From NCBI GenBank assembly GCA_034722955.1, contig JAYEOM010000041.1:1-17348 (forward strand): a DNA stretch of 17,348 nt. The letters are read 5' to 3'. The notes beneath the pieces are model-generated. The model was not told the DNA's origin. It did not search any database and saw only the letters and a program-made list of their open reading frames with translations. Positions 1 to 7,866 of this stretch are shown here, in pieces. This DNA is from Campylobacterota bacterium. Lineage in GTDB: Bacteria; Campylobacterota; Campylobacteria; Campylobacterales; Sulfurovaceae. Made by a program: the position numbers and the translations under genes. Position 1 is the stretch's first letter. Every line of letters begins with the position of its first letter.

Positions 1-1
1 A

Positions 2-367
2 ACAGCTGGTCTATTGGTTTTTTTCACTCCTGCTAATCCCCAAGATATTCTCCTACCTCCATATGATTTAACGACAACTATTATTGCTTCTTTATCCTTT
101 GTGGAGCCTACGATTGCCTATTTTATAGTTGGTTTACTGATTTGGGATAATAATTCGAAAAGTAAAACAACAGAATCCTTAAAATTAATTTTTGTTATCA
201 TGGTAATAAGCCAATCCTTGGTTAGACATATAACATTCGTTCTTAACAGTGATTTGCCATTTGTTGCAGAAAATTTAAGTGTAGGTCAATTCACTCTAGA
301 GTGGATATTTGTTGGAATAATGATTTCATTTTTGCTACCTTGGTATCACAAAAAAACCAATGAATGA
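2..367 (+). CDS. Hypothetical integral membrane protein, probably 5'-truncated by the window edge
   Basis: The frame is open from base 2 (TAGLLVFFTPANPQD...) to TGA at 365-367. It has about three hydrophobic stretches and is AT-rich. No family recognised. Confidence 0.65.
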   Translation, partial: TAGLLVFFTPANPQDILLPPYDLTTTIIASLSFVEPTIAYFIVGLLIWDNNSKSKTTESLKLIFVIMVISQSLVRHITFVLNSDLPFVAENLSVGQFTLEWIFVGIMISFLLPWYHKKTNE

Positions 368-415
368 AGAAGCATTTGAAAGTGTAACTGACTAAGAGAT
401 ATAACAAATAGTAGT

Positions 416-448
416 ACTTTTAGGGTCAACTTTTAGGGTCAGGTGATG
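416..448 (+). repeat. 13-bp tandem duplication (ACTTTTAGGGTCA x2) running into the GGGTCAGGTGATG motif; single REP-like arm
   Basis: Identical 13-mers at 416-428 and 429-441. GGGTCAGGTGATG at 436-448 matches the left arm of the 12756-12838 palindrome. Confidence 0.8.
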
Positions 449-459
449 AAAATAAACCT

Positions 460-1041
460 TTACTCAAACTTCCTCCTAACCTTAGCAATAGCCGAAGCAG
501 TAATATTCAGATACCGAGCCACCTCTGCTTGTCCATAGCCATCATCTAACGCCTTCATTACTGCCCTACTTCTATCTTCTTTACTTTTAAAATTTCCAAA
601 ATGCTCTGAGATTAATATTTTAGCATTCTTTATCGCTGTTTCTTGTAAGCTTCTAAGTAAAAGATAAACATCTTGCGATGATTTTTCATATTCTATTTGG
701 AATCTATTCAAAAAGATAGTATTTAATCGATTTTTTAAATTATCTCTATGCGTATGTACTGAAACTAATTGAAAGTGTAATAAAAGCCATAATTCATAAG
801 ATTCATTAGAAAATGCTACACAAATACTATTCTCTCTAGCTATTTTCATTATTTCAAAAAAACACTTATGATTATCTCTGTCAATAACTATTCACTCTTT
901 TTCATAATGAGTTATTTTAGACTTTTTTCTATTCTCTATTTTATGTTTTCTTAAAGTATCTAAAACTTCTTTAGGCTTTGAGCCTCTATGTGTTGCAAAG
1001 ATGACCTGACCCGCAATGGCGTTAAAATCATCCAAATTCAT
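460..1041 (-). pseudogene. RloB-like pseudogene with an internal stop, fused at about 610 to a helix-turn-helix tail resembling a RAYT C-terminus
   Basis: Upstream of the called ATG (849) the frame reads MNLDDFNAIAGQVIFATHRGSKPKEVL...HYEKE*IVIDRD, with TGA at 894-892 where RloB has W in its W-x-V-x-D-R-D motif. The RloB-like motifs SNESYELWLLLHF and AIKNAK follow. The last ~50 aa (RSRAVMKALDDGYGQAEVARYLNITASAIAKV) form an HTH. Confidence 0.7.
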
Positions 1042-1189
1042 AGCCTAAAATACTTTCGATAAAGTGAGTTGTTAACTAAAAAAATGATAGTATTGATGTC
1101 TACATAACTAAATCACAGTTTTTGTTTTGATAGACTTCTACTCTTTTTAGTGAGGTATTATAATCATAATAAGGATATACTGCTTTATT

Positions 1190-1338
1190 CCGAATTATGC
1201 AATAGAGTTGCCAAAATAGCGTTTATGCTTGTGCCTAGGGTGTTTGTGAATAACCAAAAGGTTAATCGGTGATTTTCTCGCAAATGCCCTAGGTGCAATG
1301 ATAGATGCTAGTTTAGTAATATCTATTGCATATTTCGG
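1190..1338 (+). repeat. Long imperfect inverted repeat (fold-back element; MITE-like or structured RNA)
   Basis: Arms 1190-1249 and 1278-1338 give, by hand alignment, 46 Watson-Crick pairs, 9 G.T pairs, 5 mismatches and 1 bulge. The loop contains a small TAACC-AAAA-GGTTA hairpin. Confidence 0.85.
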
Positions 1339-1346
1339 GTTTATAT
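1256..1346 (+). repeat. 91-bp dispersed direct repeat, copy 1
   Basis: 75/91 ungapped identity with 11719-11809 (hand count). Confidence 0.9.
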
Positions 1347-1387
1347 TATGTTACTTACTACCAAAGCTAAAATGACAATGAGAAGAG

Positions 1388-2020
1388 ATGAAAACAGATC
1401 GTAGAGAATTTATCATACTGGGTGGTGCTATCACACTGTTGGCAGCGAGTGCCTTGAGTTTTGGGGAGAGTATCAAACCTCTTGTAGAAGATAAAGAGAA
1501 AAAAGTAGCTCTTATCTATGCTACACGGTATGGTGCTACCCAAGAGACTTCCGGGTGGATAGCAGAGGGTTTAGAGAGAGATGTTGCTATGCTAAATATA
1601 GAAGAGATGGACTTTGCCAAGAGTGTTTTGGAGTATGATCTCTTTATCATCGGCTCAGGGGTTTGGATAGATGGTGTACACAGAGATATGATACGGTTTC
1701 TGAAGGAGTACAAAGCCAAACTCACAGGCAAGATTATCGCCTCTTTTATACTATGCGGCACAACAGGCAACGATACCAAAGGTGAAGAGCGAATAGCACA
1801 ATATTTTCATAAATTCCACGCACCACTTGATATCAAACCCTCTCTCAATCAGAAGTTTGGAGGTCGAATGATTATAGATAAACTCACACCAGAAGATAGA
1901 AAACTGCTAGAGAACTTTTATCTAAAGGTGTTGAAGAGAGAGTTTGTAGATTGGGATAGAACAGAGCCTGATAAGGCAAAAATCTTTGCCAAAGAGATAG
2001 CATATACCAAATTTGACTAA
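1388..2020 (+). CDS. Flavodoxin-domain protein (HemG/Flavodoxin_5-like) with a twin-arginine signal peptide
   Basis: N-terminal DRREFII followed by a hydrophobic stretch; FMN phosphate loop YATRYGAT; IIGSGVW; KFGGR. Confidence 0.8.
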   Translation: MKTDRREFIILGGAITLLAASALSFGESIKPLVEDKEKKVALIYATRYGATQETSGWIAEGLERDVAMLNIEEMDFAKSVLEYDLFIIGSGVWIDGVHRDMIRFLKEYKAKLTGKIIASFILCGTTGNDTKGEERIAQYFHKFHAPLDIKPSLNQKFGGRMIIDKLTPEDRKLLENFYLKVLKREFVDWDRTEPDKAKIFAKEIAYTKFD

Positions 2021-2142
2021 AATAGTATTTTTATATCACATAATATTAAAAATATATGCTTATTAAGCTAAAAATAAGCAAACTTTTATATTTATTTTAC
2101 CTGTTTAAGGGTAAAATTCATCCATCAAAAATTGGAGTCCTA

Positions 2143-3048
2143 ATGAATATATCAAAAATGCTACTTGCCTCACTTGTCCTGATCTCTTTTGCTCACTCAA
2201 AACACACTTTTCAATCCTATGATGATCTTTGTGAAAATATGGAGAATCAAGAGTGTATCAATGATAAGTCACAAGTTAAAAATCTACAAATAGCTCTCAA
2301 TGGAGACACAAATTTAGATATAAATCTAAAAGCTGATGGTAAGTGGGGTGAGAATACTAAAAATGCTGTTATTAAATTTCAAGAGCAGTACAATCTCAAA
2401 CCTGTAGCTGGATATGTTGGTGTCAAAACAAAAAGACAACTTGATAAGATTTCAAAAGATATAAAATTTACTAAAATAACAAAAAGTAACAGATCAAACA
2501 GTGACAAATGTTACGCGGACTTCAGAAAAAAGACAAATCTTAAAAAAAGTTTTAAGGTTTTCAAAAACGGATCACTGCTTAGCAGAGCAAATGATAAAAA
2601 TACTAAGCTGAAAGTTGATATAAGCGAGCAGAGAGTTAGACTCTATGTAGATGGTAAAGTAGCACTATGCTCTCCTTGTACCACTGGTGCCAAGAGAAAG
2701 CTTGAGCCAAACACTGGAACTATAAGAGACAAAAGAACACCTAAAGGTACTTTTAAAATCCAAGAAAAAATCACAGATAAGCGTTCCACAATCTTTGGAA
2801 AATATTATCGTAATGGCAAGATGGTATACAAAGGTGACAAGAGAAAGTATAGAGGCAAAAAAGCTAAATATATTGGAGCCTCTCTCAAAAACTGGATGCG
2901 TCTAACGAGCTCAGGCATAGGTCTGCACGCAAGTAAATATGTCAAAAGAGATCCTGGAACCAATGGTTGTATCAGACTTCCATATAAAGTTGCCAAAACT
3001 ATTTTTGCTAAAGTAAACAGAGGAACTCAGGTAAGTATAGTAAACTAA
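2143..3048 (+). CDS. L,D-transpeptidase (YkuD family) with a signal peptide and an N-terminal peptidoglycan-binding domain
   Basis: PG-binding motif VKNLQIAL...DGKWGENTKNAVIKFQ. YkuD motifs VDISEQR, TPKGTF and GLH...TNGCIRL. Start moved from 2056 to ATG 2143, which follows a GGAG and precedes a signal peptide. Confidence 0.88.
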   Translation: MNISKMLLASLVLISFAHSKHTFQSYDDLCENMENQECINDKSQVKNLQIALNGDTNLDINLKADGKWGENTKNAVIKFQEQYNLKPVAGYVGVKTKRQLDKISKDIKFTKITKSNRSNSDKCYADFRKKTNLKKSFKVFKNGSLLSRANDKNTKLKVDISEQRVRLYVDGKVALCSPCTTGAKRKLEPNTGTIRDKRTPKGTFKIQEKITDKRSTIFGKYYRNGKMVYKGDKRKYRGKKAKYIGASLKNWMRLTSSGIGLHASKYVKRDPGTNGCIRLPYKVAKTIFAKVNRGTQVSIVN

Positions 3049-3060
3049 ATGTGAGCGTGA

Positions 3061-4128
3061 TCACCCTCTCTCACCTCTGAGGATATCCAATACATTTGTG
3101 GCATAAGATCCCTTGGGTAGGACAAAACTCAGCTCATAGTGTGCCCTCTCCTCTATATACCTCTTCTCTATCTCTGTGACTTGTATCCAAGCATATCTTC
3201 TCGCACCGCTTTGATTCATCTCTTCATCATAGGCTGACTCTATGATGTGGGCTGATCTCTCTGCTCTTTTTACTTTTTTGCCGGGCAGCAATCCCGTAGG
3301 AGCTATATCTTTTGTAGCAAATCGTCTAGACTCTTCTGCCAAATCCTCTACATAAAAGACTCTCCCGTATGGATAGTGCATCATCAAATCTCCCTCTAAA
3401 AGCTTGAAAAAACTGCTCTGCTCTCTACATCCTCTCAGTAAGCCTTTTTCAAATCCTAAAACCTCTTCTGCCTCTGTCTCAGTAAATTTCTCCAGCAATA
3501 GGGATATCTCCATTCTCTTTGAGAGCCAATGGTTAAATAAGTAACTCTGATAAGAGCCGATCAAAAACTCTCTACTCTTTCGATCTCTGATCCTGAGTTG
3601 ACCATCTATGAGTCTCTTGCCATCTTCCCAGTTGTTGCCATCTGTACCAAAGCGTTGATTTCCGAAATAGTTGGGTATCCCATTCTCTTTGATCCATTTG
3701 AGTACAGAGTCAAGCTTGTTTTTCTGTATACCTAGAACCTTCTTGAGTCGTATATGAAACCTATTTCCTTTTAGATGTCCTACTCTTATCTTGTTGTTGT
3801 GTCGAGTTGTTTCAACTATTTTGATCTTATCATGGGTAAAACTCTCTAGTTTTGGAGCGTATTTTGCAGGTAGAGAGATATACTGGATAGTCATAGCATG
3901 TTTGTCTTTTAGACCTGCATAGCCTATATCACGCCGTTTGATTCCGATATAACCACTGATGATATCGAGCATCTCCCAAGTAGTAAACTCCTTTTTGCGT
4001 ATCTTAAGTATAAGGTGTTCACCCTCACCGGTAAACTCATAGAGCGGTATCTCTTCAACTGTGAAGTCTCTAGGGGAGGAGTTGAAGACAAATTCATTTT
4101 TATTATTGAGCGGATATAGCAGGTTCAT
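3061..4128 (-). CDS. truD: tRNA pseudouridine(13) synthase TruD
   Basis: Motifs DFTVEE, GEGEH, YAGLKDKHAMTIQ (catalytic Asp), GHLKGNRF, PNYFGNQRFG and LPKGSYAT. Confidence 0.97.
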   Translation of the reverse strand: MNLLYPLNNKNEFVFNSSPRDFTVEEIPLYEFTGEGEHLILKIRKKEFTTWEMLDIISGYIGIKRRDIGYAGLKDKHAMTIQYISLPAKYAPKLESFTHDKIKIVETTRHNNKIRVGHLKGNRFHIRLKKVLGIQKNKLDSVLKWIKENGIPNYFGNQRFGTDGNNWEDGKRLIDGQLRIRDRKSREFLIGSYQSYLFNHWLSKRMEISLLLEKFTETEAEEVLGFEKGLLRGCREQSSFFKLLEGDLMMHYPYGRVFYVEDLAEESRRFATKDIAPTGLLPGKKVKRAERSAHIIESAYDEEMNQSGARRYAWIQVTEIEKRYIEERAHYELSFVLPKGSYATNVLDILRGERG

Positions 4129-4260
4129 GTTTCTCTCTCTTTTTTATTTGCATTCCTTACTACCAAGTAGTATATACTTTTATCACTTCGGTTTGGGTTT
4201 AACCCCTATTGTGATAAAATCTCTTTCAAGAGTATCAATTCACACCCAAAGGTCACCTCT

Positions 4261-4833
4261 ATGCTAAGAGATCAAATCTTCAATATCCCTAATATGCTTG
4301 CTTTTATCCGCCTCTTGTTGGCTCCTGTTATGTTCTTTCTCCTTGTAGATCGTGATAGCTCTCTACTGCAAGGTATCCACTATAGTTGGCTGGACTACTT
4401 AGCTGCTTTTATCTTCGTTCTTGCTAGTGCAACTGATTTTTTTGATGGATATATCGCCCGAACCTTTGATCAGATCACTACGATGGGAAAGATCCTAGAT
4501 CCTCTCGCGGACAAGATGCTCACGCTAGCAGGTTTTTTGGGTTTGATGATGCTCGATAGAGCCTCTGCTTGGGCGATCTTTCTTATCCTCACTAGAGAGC
4601 TATTTGTTACCGGGTTGAGAGTCTCTGCTATAGATCAGGGTATCGATATCGCTGCATCATGGATGGGAAAGGTCAAGACTGTAGTTCAGATGATCGCTAT
4701 AGGATTTCTATTGATGGAGTGGCCCGGAGGAGAGATACTCCTCTGGATTGCTGTAGTATTGACTCTCTATTCAGGATATGAATATGTGAGAGATTTTTTT
4801 ATCAAGGTGGGGCAAAATAGCACCACTCAATAA
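4261..4833 (+). CDS. pgsA: CDP-diacylglycerol--glycerol-3-phosphate 3-phosphatidyltransferase
   Basis: NIPNML..R; CDP-alcohol phosphotransferase motif DFFDGYIAR...GKILDPLADK; GKVKTVVQM. Confidence 0.96.
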   Translation: MLRDQIFNIPNMLAFIRLLLAPVMFFLLVDRDSSLLQGIHYSWLDYLAAFIFVLASATDFFDGYIARTFDQITTMGKILDPLADKMLTLAGFLGLMMLDRASAWAIFLILTRELFVTGLRVSAIDQGIDIAASWMGKVKTVVQMIAIGFLLMEWPGGEILLWIAVVLTLYSGYEYVRDFFIKVGQNSTTQ

Positions 4834-4842
4834 AGAGTATAT

Positions 4843-5994
4843 TTACCTATAGAGAGAGTCTCTATAGTCCTCTTGTGTTCTCATCGCTTCCCTCAAAGCC
4901 TCTCTGCTATCATTGGATAGGAGTCCGCTCTCAGCTGCCATAGGGACAGAGATCAGTTCGTTAAAACTATGAGTGAGAAGATGTGTTCGCTTTATCTCCT
5001 CTTTGGATATATCATGATACTCATCAAAAGGGAGTTTTCCCTCTAGATAAACAACTCTTTGTATCGTGGCATTCTGCTCATTGAGGAAGATATCATAGGT
5101 ATCTAGTGTCTTGATAGTCTGATGAATATGCTCACTAACCCTCTCCATCTCTCTTTTGCACTCCTCTTTTTTACTGCAGTAGAAGTGTGCATCTTCATTG
5201 ACTTTTTTGGCAATATCTTCGTTTTTGATCCCTCTTAGATAGACTTTTAACGAATAGAATATCCACATTATCAGCAAGATAGAGAGACCTATAACAGCCA
5301 TACCGATCATAGAGTTTTCCTGACCACCTGTGATGACAGCTCCAACCTTGGAAAATAGACTATTTTGTACCTCTTCAGATGGCACTCTGCTAGGATCAAT
5401 ATGTATACCGAACTTATCCCTCGCCATATATATCCATACGGCAATCACGGCAACTCCTGCAATGAGTGCAACAATCAAGGCACCAAACTTCCCAGATGAG
5501 AGATTTTTGACCTGCATTGGCTGGATGGGGTCTTCACTATGAAAGTCCATATTGTCATCTGCATCATTCACTATCTCTGGGTCAAAACCAATCTCTTCAA
5601 AAAATTTGTCTGCTGTTTGGATATTGCCATCAAGCAGATCTTTTTTTCTCTTCTCATAAGCATCGATATCTTCATTGAGAGTCTGCATGCAATCTTTGAC
5701 GACACTATCAGTATCATCAACCATAGTTCGAGCTTCATCTATCAACTCTACAGGGCTTTTTTTGACATTTTGATCTGCAACCAGAACTTCCTCTTCTGGT
5801 TCAGAGATATCTGAACTCTCTTCTACCTTATTCTCTTCTCCCCCTGCAGTATCTGATTTGCCAGCTTCTGCTTGCTCATCTGCCTTACTCTCTTCTACCT
5901 CTGTCGTATCTGATTTGGCTTCTACTTGCTCCTCTGGCTGCTTATCCTCTACAGTCTCATCTGCCACTTCTATACCCTTCTCTACCTTTTCCAT
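4843..5994 (-). CDS. Hypothetical membrane protein with an acidic low-complexity N-terminus, two TM segments and a helical C-terminus
   Basis: 383-aa ORF with a GGAGG RBS at 6004-6008. TM segments FGALIVALIAGVAVIAVWIYMA and MIGMAVIGLSILLIMWIFYSL. Confidence 0.8.
   Translation of the reverse strand: MEKVEKGIEVADETVEDKQPEEQVEAKSDTTEVEESKADEQAEAGKSDTAGGEENKVEESSDISEPEEEVLVADQNVKKSPVELIDEARTMVDDTDSVVKDCMQTLNEDIDAYEKRKKDLLDGNIQTADKFFEEIGFDPEIVNDADDNMDFHSEDPIQPMQVKNLSSGKFGALIVALIAGVAVIAVWIYMARDKFGIHIDPSRVPSEEVQNSLFSKVGAVITGGQENSMIGMAVIGLSILLIMWIFYSLKVYLRGIKNEDIAKKVNEDAHFYCSKKEECKREMERVSEHIHQTIKTLDTYDIFLNEQNATIQRVVYLEGKLPFDEYHDISKEEIKRTHLLTHSFNELISVPMAAESGLLSNDSREALREAMRTQEDYRDSLYR
5818..5952 (-). 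repeat. Intragenic imperfect tandem repeat (about 18-19 aa, about 2.5 units)
   Basis: VEDKQPEEQVEAKSDTTE / VEESKADEQAEAGKSDTAG / GEENKVEE; DNA GTATCTGATTTG recurs. Confidence 0.65.
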
Positions 5995-6068
5995 CCTAGC
6001 GTACCTCCCAAAATTTGATATTTGCCTAATATCATAACATAATTTTAATCAATACATTTTGAGTCAGC

Positions 6069-6084
6069 TATAATTGGGTATAAT
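6069..6084 (+). promoter_or_regulatory. Putative sigma70 -10 boxes for the rseP operon
   Basis: TATAAT at 6069-6074 and 6079-6084; GAGGA RBS at 6101-6105. Confidence 0.55.
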
Positions 6085-6110
6085 TCGTTATTACACAAAC
6101 GAGGATATTT

Positions 6111-7169
6111 ATGGGTATTTTAATTTCACTTTTAGTCTTGTCATTTTTGATATTTTTTCATGAGTTGGGACACTTTACGGCAGCACGATTTTTTGGTGTT
6201 CAAGTCGATGTTTTCAGTATTGGATTTGGCAAAAAACTATATAGCAAAATGATAGGTAAAACAGAGTGGAGTCTCTCTGCCATCCCACTAGGCGGCTATG
6301 TCAAGATGAAGGGTCAAGATGATAGCGACCCTAGCAATATCAGCTATGATGATGACTCCTACAATAGCAAAAAACCATGGCAGAGGATCATTATACTGCT
6401 AGCTGGTCCATTTGCCAACTTTTTTCTCGCATTTTTGCTCTATTTTGCGATCTCAAATATCGGTGTACCAAAGCTGCTCCCATCCATAGGTACAGTTGGC
6501 AAAGATACTCCGGCACTTCATGCAGGTTTGGCAAAGGGAGATACGATACTAGCTATCAACCTTGTACCTGTAGCATATTGGGAAGATGTAGGTAAGCTTA
6601 TCAACAGCAGTGTTGGTACACCGCTACATATACTTATCAAGAGAGACAATGAACGGATAGATCTGGAGGTGACTCCCAAAATCATAGAGGATAAAAATAT
6701 CTTCGAAGAACCCATACAGCGAAAGATCATAGGTATCACTCCCCTAGGTGAGCAGACAACAGTCACTTATGGTTTTACGGGTGGTCTTGATTATGCTTGG
6801 AGTGAGACAAAAAAAGCGAGTCTTCTCATCTTTAAGAGTGTTGAAAAACTTATCACCGGTGCTGTTGGAGCAGATAAGCTCGGAGGAGTTATCACTATAG
6901 TTGATGTTACGGCCAAGGCGACCAATGCAGGTATAGCTGCTCTACTCTTTTTTACTGCACTGATATCTGTCAACCTTGGAGTACTCAACCTGCTTCCTAT
7001 TCCTGCACTGGATGGTGGGCATATCATGTTTAACCTCTATGAGATGATACGAGGAAAAGCCCCTAGCGAAGCGGTACTATACCGACTGACACTCGGAGGC
7101 TGGGCTCTTCTGCTTGGGCTGATGTTTTTAGGGCTCTACAATGATATCAACAGATTAATAGGAATTTAA
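6111..7169 (+). CDS. rseP: RIP metalloprotease RseP (M50, with PDZ domain)
   Basis: HELGH zinc motif, FSIGFG, IPLGGYVKM, AGPFAN and NLLPIPALDGG. Confidence 0.96.
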   Translation: MGILISLLVLSFLIFFHELGHFTAARFFGVQVDVFSIGFGKKLYSKMIGKTEWSLSAIPLGGYVKMKGQDDSDPSNISYDDDSYNSKKPWQRIIILLAGPFANFFLAFLLYFAISNIGVPKLLPSIGTVGKDTPALHAGLAKGDTILAINLVPVAYWEDVGKLINSSVGTPLHILIKRDNERIDLEVTPKIIEDKNIFEEPIQRKIIGITPLGEQTTVTYGFTGGLDYAWSETKKASLLIFKSVEKLITGAVGADKLGGVITIVDVTAKATNAGIAALLFFTALISVNLGVLNLLPIPALDGGHIMFNLYEMIRGKAPSEAVLYRLTLGGWALLLGLMFLGLYNDINRLIGI

Positions 7170-7170
7170 A

Positions 7171-7851
7171 ATGATAGACAAAGAGATATTACGGAAAAAT
7201 TTGGATGAAGTTATTTGGGGTGTTGAAAAAGCACGCATTGCGGTTAGTGAACACCATATTGTCAAGCTGGTAACTGTAGCTAAATATACAGAGATTAAAA
7301 ATGTCGAAACACTCTATACCCTGGGACAGCGAGCTTTTGGAGAAAATCAAGTACAACAACTGGAAGAGCGAAGCAGAGAGCTGGAGTCACTACCTCTTGA
7401 GTGGCACTTCATCGGCAGACTTCAAAAAAACAAGATCAACAAGCTGATCGATATACGCCCCTCTCTGATGCAGTCGATCGACTCTATCGAACTAGCCATA
7501 GCACTAGATGAGCGTTTAGCAAGGAGAGAGAGTCATATGAGCTGTCTACTGCAGATCAACAGTGCCGAAGAGGAGAGCAAATCTGGTGTTACACCCCAAA
7601 TGGCTCTCGATACTTACCAAGAGATCATAGAGCGATGCCCTCATATCGAACTCAAAGGTGTTATGAGCATCGGTGCACATACCCAAGACCAAACTATCAT
7701 AAGAGATAGTTTTGAGACGACTCACTCTATCTATAGTAAGTTAGAAAAAGATGGGGCATCTATCTGCTCTATGGGTATGAGTAGTGATTATGAATTGGCT
7801 ATCTCTTGTGGCTCAAATCTTATCCGTGTAGGATCAGCCCTATTTAAATAG
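7171..7851 (+). CDS. yggS: PLP homeostasis protein (YggS/PLPBP family)
   Basis: VTVAKY (PLP lysine), FGENQVQ, WHFIGRLQKNK, SMGMSSD and RVGSALF. Confidence 0.95.
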   Translation: MIDKEILRKNLDEVIWGVEKARIAVSEHHIVKLVTVAKYTEIKNVETLYTLGQRAFGENQVQQLEERSRELESLPLEWHFIGRLQKNKINKLIDIRPSLMQSIDSIELAIALDERLARRESHMSCLLQINSAEEESKSGVTPQMALDTYQEIIERCPHIELKGVMSIGAHTQDQTIIRDSFETTHSIYSKLEKDGASICSMGMSSDYELAISCGSNLIRVGSALFK

Positions 7852-7866
7852 CTAGGTACATTTGTT

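Noticed and set aside
892..894. In-frame TGA as selenocysteine or a recoded Trp
   Set aside because: Other genes here use TGA as stop, the position corresponds to Trp rather than Cys, and the gene shows other signs of decay.
1180..1272. 30-codon frame after AAGGA inside the fold-back, considered as a type I toxin
   Set aside because: It starts with CTG, lacks a convincing TM helix and shows no recognisable similarity to AapA-type toxins.
2056..2142. N-terminal extension of the L,D-transpeptidase in the ORF track
   Set aside because: AT-rich promoter-like DNA; the RBS and signal peptide fit ATG 2143.
4061..4267. 68-aa + strand ORF
   Set aside because: It overlaps the truD start and spans the divergent promoter region; no protein-like features.
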